Source: a virus
Lineage: Duplodnaviria > Caudoviricetes
Reading direction: 5' to 3' (one strand)
Length of the DNA: 57,095 bases
IMG/VR virus record: IMGVR_UViG_3300032247_001291
Coordinates: 1-57,095 of that record
Shown here: piece by piece, positions 49,026 through 56,932 of the stretch
Layout of the letters: each line of letters begins with the position of its first letter
Numbering within the stretch: the first letter of the stretch is position 1
Notes under the pieces: generated by a model
Told to the model about the DNA's origin: nothing
Database searches by the model: none
Seen by the model: the letters and a program-made list of their open reading frames with translations, nothing else
Position numbers and translations under genes: made by a program

Positions 49026-49708
49026 TTTATATACCTACCATCCTTTTGTTTCATATCAAGTGATTTTTCATTTCTTTGTAATGGTGTATGCCACTGTGAT
49101 AGATTTTTAGAATATTCTTTATATTCTTCTGTTCCATAATTATAAAAAGATCCTGGATTTTTTTCTGGAGCTAAAGCAAAATTAGAAAATGCATATCTGT
49201 GACCAGACTTTACACCCTGAACTCCATGCATATGCTCTTTTAATGCACCGTGTATTATTAAATCTCCAGGTTGAACTGGCACTGTAATATCTTGGTTTGG
49301 ATAATAAACTTCCCCGCCAGTAAAATCACCAAAATAAGTAATTGCTGCGTAGGTTAAAAGGCAACATGTGCCCCAAACATCTGGTACAGTTAGACTTTCA
49401 TTCATATCTTCGCCTGGACTGTCACAATGTGGTTCCATTCCAACATCTTCAGCATAATAAATCATATTTAATAATGGATGCATTACTAAATCTGGGTAAA
49501 TAAATTCTGACATTTTTTCCCATATTGGAAACAATTCTTCCATATGCTCTGTAGTCTCAAAATGAATTTCTTCAAAATAATGTGGTTTTACCTTTTTATT
49601 CATAACCACTTCATTTATTTTTTCAACTTCTTCTTTAGACAAAAAATTTTTATACCAGAATATTCCATCTGCTACTTTTATAATATTGGGATTAGATTCA
49701 AATTTCAT
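49022..49708 (-). CDS. 2OG-Fe(II) oxygenase, P4H-like
   Basis: HCD...FTGGEVYY...HGV...RY. Confidence 0.88.
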   Translation of the reverse strand: MKFESNPNIIKVADGIFWYKNFLSKEEVEKINEVVMNKKVKPHYFEEIHFETTEHMEELFPIWEKMSEFIYPDLVMHPLLNMIYYAEDVGMEPHCDSPGEDMNESLTVPDVWGTCCLLTYAAITYFGDFTGGEVYYPNQDITVPVQPGDLIIHGALKEHMHGVQGVKSGHRYAFSNFALAPEKNPGSFYNYGTEEYKEYSKNLSQWHTPLQRNEKSLDMKQKDGRYIK

Positions 49709-49738
49709 TATATACCACCTTTGTATAAGTAAATTATA

Positions 49739-50332
49739 TCACGCTTTATACCAAAAGCCTGGGGACATGTATTTTACCCCATTCTTTATCGGCATAGATT
49801 CGTGATAATAAGGTTCTGTTGATGGGAAAACCATAATACTCCCAGCTTCTGGTTTAATTTTTATACCTTGTTTATTAAAATAAAGTTCTCCACCTTCATA
49901 ATCGTCATTTAAATATGCAACAACAGAAATGACTGGAGACCTGTCATCTCCATACGAGTCTACGTGTGGTCCCATTTCTTTTCCAACAAAATATTTACTT
50001 ATAGAAAGTGGCATTAATTTACCAATATCAAAATTAAACATTTCTGAATAATGTTTTGAAACAACAACAATTGCATTGTTAATTGAATCATAAATTAATT
50101 TAGTTTCATTTGATGAATTATCATAATTGTTAAAATTCATCATTTTTTGTTTACCAAACGTATAACTTTTATCACTTGAAATCCAGTTATTCCATTTTGA
50201 AACTACTGATAAATTTAAATCATCTAAATCAGTTTTTTCAATTAAATTTAATAAATCAGAAACATTTTCTATAGCATTTTTATAATATATTATTTTGCCA
50301 TATTGCTCAACTTCAAGCATTTTTATTTCCAT
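49739..50332 (-). CDS. 2OG-Fe(II) oxygenase, P4H-like
   Basis: HVD...YLNDDYEGGELYF...HES...KY. Confidence 0.88.
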   Translation of the reverse strand: MEIKMLEVEQYGKIIYYKNAIENVSDLLNLIEKTDLDDLNLSVVSKWNNWISSDKSYTFGKQKMMNFNNYDNSSNETKLIYDSINNAIVVVSKHYSEMFNFDIGKLMPLSISKYFVGKEMGPHVDSYGDDRSPVISVVAYLNDDYEGGELYFNKQGIKIKPEAGSIMVFPSTEPYYHESMPIKNGVKYMSPGFWYKA

Positions 50333-51044
50333 TTTTCCATTCTAGCTGTTGTTTTTCTTGTTCAATTCTAATTAATTTTTCTTCATCTTTCCATTTTTTT
50401 ATTATCTCTTCACTATATTCTATGTCTGCATAATCCCAAAATGAAACCATGGTATATCGTGTTCCTTCTAATATTTCTTTAACGCCATGAATATTTTCAA
50501 CTCCGCCACAAAACACATAATATGAAAATGCATTTGGTTTAAATTCTATTCCATGATCTGGAAAATAAAGTTGACCACCAGAATAATTGCCGTTTAAATA
50601 TAAAATTCCAACATATTTATTTATTTCAAATGCATTTGGATTTCCTTCAAAATCAGAATTGTCTGAATGTGGATTGGCAAAACCACCAACTTCCCATTTT
50701 TGAGCATGAGATGTATTTGGACGAACTTTTTTATCAAATACTAGTTCTACTGCTTCTTGAAATTTTTTCTTTATATCAAGAAAAAAGTTTTCTTTAAGTC
50801 CAAATTGTAAAAAGTTGGGATCATTATCTTGAAGACCCATACCCTTTGATCCATAAAAAGCAATTGGACCCCATTCTTTTTCACAAAATTCAAAATATTT
50901 TATCATCGCATTTGCAGTTTTTTCTGATACAAAATTAGGAATTTCAACAATTCTATTATCTGTAACCCCTAGGCTACCTTTATTATTCTTTTCATCTTTT
51001 AAATAAATAAAATTATTTTTATCTAAGTTTTCTATTATTGTCAT
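50313..51044 (-). CDS. 2OG-Fe(II) oxygenase, P4H-like
   Basis: HSD...YLNGNYSGGQLYF...HGV...RY. Confidence 0.88.
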   Translation of the reverse strand: MTIIENLDKNNFIYLKDEKNNKGSLGVTDNRIVEIPNFVSEKTANAMIKYFEFCEKEWGPIAFYGSKGMGLQDNDPNFLQFGLKENFFLDIKKKFQEAVELVFDKKVRPNTSHAQKWEVGGFANPHSDNSDFEGNPNAFEINKYVGILYLNGNYSGGQLYFPDHGIEFKPNAFSYYVFCGGVENIHGVKEILEGTRYTMVSFWDYADIEYSEEIIKKWKDEEKLIRIEQEKQQLEWKNGNKNA

Positions 51045-51852
51045 TTAACCCTTCTCTCCTTCTTACTGGAACAATTGTCTGTTCATATATCTGTTTCCAT
51101 TTTTCTAAACCATGTTCTTTTTCTAGCTCTAACCATTCTTGTGAAGCTTCATTTGGAAATAAATAAAAATATCTTATAAAATACTTATCATTTTTAGTAA
51201 CTTCTTTAACTGCATGAAAATAAATATCATTATCTGACAATAACTTAGGGTGACCTGAAGGGAAGACCATCACGTCCCCAGCTTTTGGTTTATATGGCAT
51301 TCTACCTTCATCATGCATCATTTTAAATACAACATCTCCACCTTCATAATCGTCATTAAGATACATGGTGCATGTTAAAGCAAATTTTGGCATTGGGGAA
51401 TCAAATTCCATCCATTGATAATCAGTATGATATGTCATTGATAAATCTCCAGCTATATCATTTTTATGCACTACAACATTTTGATCATATCTGCAGTATG
51501 AGGGGCCCATGGTTAACCAATCTTCACCAATTTCAACATTGTGTTCATTTAAAAAATGCTTTGTTGATATTTTAAAAGCATTTAATACTTGTTCATTAAA
51601 AGCATTTTCTTCTAAATACCTTTCATCATTTTCTAATTCAACATCATGAAAATGCAAAGGCACTCCAGATCCAGGACTCATATATGTGCCAAACTCTGCC
51701 CATTTACCCCAATTTGAAAATATAAAACTTGAGCTTGGATTAAGCTCACTTTCTTTTAACAATTCAACCAGTCTTTCTGGATTTTTAATTAAATTTTTAT
51801 AAACATAAATATTTTTATCAAACTCATAGTATTCTATATTTGCACTTGTCAT
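51019..51852 (-). CDS. 2OG-Fe(II) oxygenase, P4H-like
   Basis: HTD...YLNDDYEGG...HAV...KY. Confidence 0.88.
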   Translation of the reverse strand: MTSANIEYYEFDKNIYVYKNLIKNPERLVELLKESELNPSSSFIFSNWGKWAEFGTYMSPGSGVPLHFHDVELENDERYLEENAFNEQVLNAFKISTKHFLNEHNVEIGEDWLTMGPSYCRYDQNVVVHKNDIAGDLSMTYHTDYQWMEFDSPMPKFALTCTMYLNDDYEGGDVVFKMMHDEGRMPYKPKAGDVMVFPSGHPKLLSDNDIYFHAVKEVTKNDKYFIRYFYLFPNEASQEWLELEKEHGLEKWKQIYEQTIVPVRRREGLNDNNRKLR

Positions 51853-51855
51853 TTT

Positions 51856-52536
51856 TTAACTTTCTACATTTAACTTTAATATAGTCCAAAAAAAAGGACA
51901 AGTATATCTAATTCCTGATTTTATTTCTGTTACTCCATGAATATAATTTCTATCTCCTGGGAAAAAGTATGCTGACCCTCTTTTAGGTTTAAATTTAATA
52001 TTTTGTAAAGGAAAATAAAGCTCTCCTCCTTCATAATCATCGTTTAAATAAAATAAACTAGATAAATCATAATATGGAAAATCATTAGGAACTCCAACAT
52101 TTGGCTCTTCGTGAAGTTCTTTATCTGCATGCGGGTTTTGTAATTGTCCTGGAAGCCATCTTACTATTGTTTCAGTTGTAGGTTTTATTTCCACATTAAA
52201 ATGTTTTTCAACTATTGGTTGTAATTTTTTAAATAAACTTTCTATTACTGGTCCTATTTTAGGATCATTTAAATCTAAAGTTCCCCTAGTGGCTACACGA
52301 TCTTTCCAATATTCAGAATCATAAATTACTGTACCGTCTTCATTTTTATGAGTTTCTGTTACATCCCAAATAGTTATAGATTTTGCAGCATTTTCTAAAA
52401 AATTAATTTCTTCATCTGTCATAAAATTTTCTAAAGCAATTATATTTTCAGGACCATTTCCAAAATATCCAGAAGGTGTTATAGAAAATAAATTTGTATC
52501 TTTTGTACTATTTGTTACATTATCATTTCTTATCAT
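51856..52536 (-). CDS. 2OG-Fe(II) oxygenase, P4H-like
   Basis: HAD...YLNDDYEGGELYF...HGV...RY. Confidence 0.88.
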   Translation of the reverse strand: MIRNDNVTNSTKDTNLFSITPSGYFGNGPENIIALENFMTDEEINFLENAAKSITIWDVTETHKNEDGTVIYDSEYWKDRVATRGTLDLNDPKIGPVIESLFKKLQPIVEKHFNVEIKPTTETIVRWLPGQLQNPHADKELHEEPNVGVPNDFPYYDLSSLFYLNDDYEGGELYFPLQNIKFKPKRGSAYFFPGDRNYIHGVTEIKSGIRYTCPFFWTILKLNVES

Positions 52537-53261
52537 TTATATTCTCTTTTTTCCCATACTTCATTTTTATAAACTCCCCCATCTGGCGTTCTATATTTTT
52601 TTGAATTATCCATATTTTTTTGATAAATGTTTTCTGGTAATTCAAACTCAATTTTTGATTCCCAATTTTCTTTTTTAAATGGTAATATTTGCATATATGG
52701 AGTCCCAGCTTTAATTATACCCTGAAAACCTTTAGCTATATAAAAAGGGATAAGGCCTGGTAAATTAACTTTATCATTATCAATTATTCCAAATGGCATA
52801 GTAAATGGAAGATCATATCTATTCATTGGATGTGTATATAATGCCGTATAGCCTTCTGGCAAAACTGTTGCCCAGTCTGGATACCAAGCAAAATGATCTT
52901 CATAATGACCCATAGGAGCTTGAAATCCTGGCATTGGTGGGCGCTCAGTACAAAAATGTTTTAAATTATCATCATAAATCTTTACACAAATTTTGCCTTT
53001 ATCATCCAAATAAAATTCAATATCACATGGTAATCTTAAAACATAGCCAGTTATTAAAACATCAAATATAGATGGACAAGCTTTCCAAGTAAGCATTAAA
53101 CTTCCATCTTGTTGCCTATAAGCATCACCATTTGGCATTTTATGATATCTTTCAGCTTTTCTATACCAATCTGGCAAATGTTTTATTGTTGGTTCTGGGG
53201 TTGTGGTGCTGTCCTTATTAAGACTGTATGAGTTACTTATAAATTTAATAATATTATTCAT
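52533..53261 (-). CDS. Hypothetical beta-rich protein (DUF6065-like)
   Basis: PDWY...KACP...GY...P.GY...HP.N...GIID.D...GTPYMQILP. Confidence 0.55.
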   Translation of the reverse strand: MNNIIKFISNSYSLNKDSTTTPEPTIKHLPDWYRKAERYHKMPNGDAYRQQDGSLMLTWKACPSIFDVLITGYVLRLPCDIEFYLDDKGKICVKIYDDNLKHFCTERPPMPGFQAPMGHYEDHFAWYPDWATVLPEGYTALYTHPMNRYDLPFTMPFGIIDNDKVNLPGLIPFYIAKGFQGIIKAGTPYMQILPFKKENWESKIEFELPENIYQKNMDNSKKYRTPDGGVYKNEVWEKREYK

Positions 53262-53970
53262 TTATTACTCCAGTATGATCTTTAACTTGCAATTTAAATG
53301 ATTTTATTTCATGCTCTCCAATTTTTTCATTTTTATAATTAACTGCATCTCTATAAAAATTAGTAAATTTTCCAGACATGCTTATTTCCATATATTTTTT
53401 AGCATGTTCTTTTTGATCTTTATAATATGAATCAGGAAAATTTGCTTTATATAAATTTACTTCAAAATCTTTAATTGACTGTAAAGATAATGGAAGCAAA
53501 GCTATAATTGGAGTATTTGCTGGTATTACGATTTCTACATTTGGTCTTGTAATTTTCCAAGCAGCTGGAAATACTTGATCATAAAAAGAAGTACTTATAA
53601 CGGTTGTAAAAGCTTGTGCTCCATCTATAAAACCATTAGGCACTGGCATATGAACCATGCTTACGCCTTTTGGCGTTTTTATAATCAAACCAGTATTAAA
53701 ACTAATTGTTGCATTACCTCTATTAGCACTACAATAATTGTTACCTTTTAAAATTTTTACATGAGAATCTGAAGAATCAGAAATTCCATCCCAGATAAAA
53801 GATATTTCTTCTGGAAAAGATATTCCCCAACCCATACAGTTAGATAAACTTACTGGAAAACATTTATATGCGTGAGCATCATTTGTTTTATCCATCCATT
53901 CTCGTGTTACTTCAAGTGGAGCTATGTTTGCAGATTTTTGATGCTCTTTAAAAACATCTATTGATATCAA
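53254..53970 (-). CDS. DUF6065-like protein
   Basis: REWMD...HAYKCFPVSLSN..GW...PVPN...WKITRPN. Confidence 0.6.
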   Translation of the reverse strand: MISIDVFKEHQKSANIAPLEVTREWMDKTNDAHAYKCFPVSLSNCMGWGISFPEEISFIWDGISDSSDSHVKILKGNNYCSANRGNATISFNTGLIIKTPKGVSMVHMPVPNGFIDGAQAFTTVISTSFYDQVFPAAWKITRPNVEIVIPANTPIIALLPLSLQSIKDFEVNLYKANFPDSYYKDQKEHAKKYMEISMSGKFTNFYRDAVNYKNEKIGEHEIKSFKLQVKDHTGVINE

Positions 53971-54626
53971 TTTCCAGAATCCTCATACATTTCTCTTGTA
54001 TGGAATTTTGAACTATAATCTGTCATTGTAACAATTGAATATTTTAATCCAGAAATAACTTTTTTTGCTTGGTGGGGATACATATAATTAGATGGGAAAA
54101 TGTACAAATCTCCAGCTTTTGGTTTTATATTTAAATCTTGCAATCTAAAATAAAGTTCTCCGCCTTCATAATCATCATTTGGATAGCCAACCAAAGAAAC
54201 CGTACAGTTATAAGAATAGCCATGATCATGATGTTCCATAAAATGTTGATTTGGACCATATTTAATAAAATTAAAAGCTTCCCAATACTTCAATTCCATA
54301 ATTCTAAATTTTTCACAATAATCATCTAATGCTGGTTTTTGCCTATCATATACATCTTGCCACAATTGTTGTAAATTTTTTGAAACTTCTGATGTATCCA
54401 ATTCAATATCAGATTTTTTAAATTTAAAATCATAACAATCTCGATATTCTGGCATTTTTTCTCTATAGCCAACCATAGCTTCTTGCCATTGGTATTGTGG
54501 ATTTTTTGTTTTATCTAAATTAAATTCTAATCTATTTATAATATCAAGATCTTTTGGCAATGCGTCACGGTATACTAAAATTCCATTTCCAAAATCTTCA
54601 ACTGAAGACCAAGTTTGTATAGACAT
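53967..54626 (-). CDS. 2OG-Fe(II) oxygenase, P4H-like
   Basis: HHD...YPNDDYEGGELYF...FPSNYMYPH...KYS. Confidence 0.88.
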   Translation of the reverse strand: MSIQTWSSVEDFGNGILVYRDALPKDLDIINRLEFNLDKTKNPQYQWQEAMVGYREKMPEYRDCYDFKFKKSDIELDTSEVSKNLQQLWQDVYDRQKPALDDYCEKFRIMELKYWEAFNFIKYGPNQHFMEHHDHGYSYNCTVSLVGYPNDDYEGGELYFRLQDLNIKPKAGDLYIFPSNYMYPHQAKKVISGLKYSIVTMTDYSSKFHTREMYEDSGN

Positions 54627-54652
54627 ATTATCTCTTTCTACTAGTTGACTTT

Positions 54653-54706
54653 ATTATACCATAAAGTATTTATTAAAAGTGATAATAATATAATAAATGA
54701 TATAAT
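54653..54706. promoter_or_regulatory. Divergent extended -10 promoters
   Basis: TGGTATAAT on minus (54653-54661) and TGATATAAT on plus (54698-54706). Confidence 0.6.
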
Positions 54707-54712
54707 TAATTT

Positions 54713-55396
54713 ATGGACAATAGACTAAAAAAAATACACACCCACCCTAATTTTGAAATGCTTGAAGAAAGAATTTGGGTTATTCATGATTTTATTAATC
54801 CTGAATTTAGAGAATATTATTTAAATATTGCAAACAATGCTTTAGAAGAAGAATGGTGGAAAAGAGAGCCAGGATGGTGGAATGGAAAATTTTTAGTATT
54901 ACCTCAAGATAACAAAATTCCAAATATGATTGTTGATGAAATTAAAAAATGGATAGATGACCCAGATTATTGGATATGGGGTCAACCCGCTTCTGTGCAT
55001 AGAATGAAAGAAGGCGAATCTATGTTTTTACATGCTGATAATCCAAATGAAAAAAGTGGTTTAAATAATTGGGTTGATTTAAGTTTTGTTTTATATCACA
55101 ATGATTTTAATGGTGGAGAAATTATATACCCAGAATTAGGTTTTGAATATCATCCAAGAGCTGGGGATTTACTTATGCATCCAGGATCTCAAAGCCATAA
55201 GCACGGAACAAAACCAGTTCTTCCTGGTCCCATTAGATACAATTCAACAATGTGGGCTTATGACAATAGAGCAAAAAAACTTCACGATGATCATAAAGTT
55301 TTTGAAGGAAGCAAAGCAAGAAATCAAGTATATCTTATACAAAATAATATGCAATCAGAAGATATATATAGTATTGGTGAGGGTAAAAAAAATTAA
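54713..55396 (+). CDS. 2OG-Fe(II) oxygenase, P4H-like (only credible plus-strand gene)
   Basis: HAD...YHNDFNGGEIIY...HGT...RY. Confidence 0.88.
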   Translation: MDNRLKKIHTHPNFEMLEERIWVIHDFINPEFREYYLNIANNALEEEWWKREPGWWNGKFLVLPQDNKIPNMIVDEIKKWIDDPDYWIWGQPASVHRMKEGESMFLHADNPNEKSGLNNWVDLSFVLYHNDFNGGEIIYPELGFEYHPRAGDLLMHPGSQSHKHGTKPVLPGPIRYNSTMWAYDNRAKKLHDDHKVFEGSKARNQVYLIQNNMQSEDIYSIGEGKKN

Positions 55397-55899
55397 TTTG
55401 ATAATAAATCAATAATTAAATAAATTGTATCTTCTTTACCAAAATTATATAGAGCCATAAAATCTTCTTTTTCAACAACAATTTCTTTTTCTAATGTGGG
55501 TTTTATAACTTGATCATTTAAGCAAAAACTAACATCATCATTATAAACTATAGGTATCCAACATTCAGATATCTTGTTTGAATATTCTTCAAAATGATAA
55601 TATTGCCTTAATGGATATTTTTGTGGATTTAATTTTACAAAATAAACAGATGCTGATTGCTTGTCGTATTTATTTTCTATTTTTTTAATTATTTTTAACA
55701 CTTTGTCTAACAAAATATCATTTTTACATTTTAAAATTTTATAATCTTTATTTAATTTAAACTTAAACTCGTCAACACCATATATATGTAAAAAATACAT
55801 ATAATTATTATATTGAAACAATTCTGGTTTTGTTTCTTTTTGTTCCCATTCTGTATTTTCCAAAAATAAAATATCTAATATAGAATTTATATCATACAA
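55393..55899 (-). CDS. Aspartyl/asparaginyl beta-hydroxylase-like protein, degenerate
   Basis: WIPIVYNDDVSF...N.GKEDTIYLIID resembles the family's HIPIITN...DRVHLIID, but the His ligands are absent. Confidence 0.45.
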   Translation of the reverse strand: MYDINSILDILFLENTEWEQKETKPELFQYNNYMYFLHIYGVDEFKFKLNKDYKILKCKNDILLDKVLKIIKKIENKYDKQSASVYFVKLNPQKYPLRQYYHFEEYSNKISECWIPIVYNDDVSFCLNDQVIKPTLEKEIVVEKEDFMALYNFGKEDTIYLIIDLLSN

Positions 55900-55908
55900 T
55901 TAACGTTA

Positions 55909-56631
55909 TTATCCTTCCATTTTATAAAACAAAGAATTAGTATTAAAAACTTCTGCATCAAATTTTGCCCAATTTAAAATTATTTCTTTTTCTTTTTCAT
56001 TTAAACTTTTATATATTCTTGTAGAATCTGGATTCCAGTAATTGGATGCTTTTTGCATAGGATGGTTTATTGTTTGAATTGGTATATTTAAATCAGACAT
56101 AATTTTATTTAAAACTTTTTTTATATTTTTTTCTTTTAAATCTTCTGATCTTATTAATAAAGATACTTCATTTAAACGATTAAAAATTATTTCTTTAGAT
56201 AATATGCAATTTTTAATAGAAGAGCTTGTAACATAACTACTTTTATCCATATTTGAATTTGAAACTAAAAAATTTTTTGATTGGATATTAGCATAAATAT
56301 TTTTATTTTTTTCCATCCAATCAAACATTTTATACTTATCATAATTTAAATCTCCAACTGGAACCAGTCTTCTTGTGTCATCTCCAAGCATACTATAGTG
56401 AGAATAAGTACTTACAGTATGTGCTACTGGATCTCTAAATAAACTTGTTACATAAGTTTTATCTGTTATAAAATTAGCCCAATGCTGATGAGCAACATAA
56501 GAATCTCTGTCATAAAAATTTTTAATGTTATTTTCTTTTAAAATTTTATCTAAAGGAACAACTATATTTTGAGTAAAAAATCTACCAGCAGTTTTAATAA
56601 TGTGTAAAAAATAAAAACTATCTTTGTTCAA
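55909..56631 (-). CDS. Sulfotransferase-family protein
   Basis: 5'-PSB-like FLHIIKTAGR and 3'-PB-like FRDPVAHTVS; C-terminal D.EVF. Confidence 0.7.
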   Translation of the reverse strand: MNKDSFYFLHIIKTAGRFFTQNIVVPLDKILKENNIKNFYDRDSYVAHQHWANFITDKTYVTSLFRDPVAHTVSTYSHYSMLGDDTRRLVPVGDLNYDKYKMFDWMEKNKNIYANIQSKNFLVSNSNMDKSSYVTSSSIKNCILSKEIIFNRLNEVSLLIRSEDLKEKNIKKVLNKIMSDLNIPIQTINHPMQKASNYWNPDSTRIYKSLNEKEKEIILNWAKFDAEVFNTNSLFYKMEG

Positions 56632-56932
56632 TTTTTTTTATTTTTTCTTCCAAAACTTCAATTTTTTTTAAAGTTAATTGAAGCACTTCTACAAGATATG
56701 GTACTAAAACTGCTGGTTTAATTTGTTGATATTCTGGATTTCCATTTTTATCCATACCATCTTTATTCCCTGTTACAGCGGTTGGCACTAATTCTTGAAG
56801 TTCATGAGCAATAAAGCCAAGATGTTTTTCTTTTTTTTCATCAAATACATAATTATATTCTTTTACTTTAAGATTTTTAATAACATAAGTTGAATCTATT
56901 ATATTATTCATCTTTCTTATTATCTTGCTCAT
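56618..56932 (-). CDS. Stand-alone peptidase S74 / intramolecular chaperone body lacking the SDxRLK N-terminus
   Basis: IKNLKVKEYNY...GFIAHELQELVPTAVTG.KD...YQQI...LVPYLV...coiled coil; alternative start at 56911. Confidence 0.85.
   Translation of the reverse strand: MSKIIRKMNNIIDSTYVIKNLKVKEYNYVFDEKKEKHLGFIAHELQELVPTAVTGNKDGMDKNGNPEYQQIKPAVLVPYLVEVLQLTLKKIEVLEEKIKKIEQR

Noticed and set aside
49022-49041. TAG stop-codon reassignment to explain the start-less SpeD-like frame
   Set aside because: TAG ends many clear genes here (terL, protease, tail terminator) and long genes are uninterrupted under the standard code.
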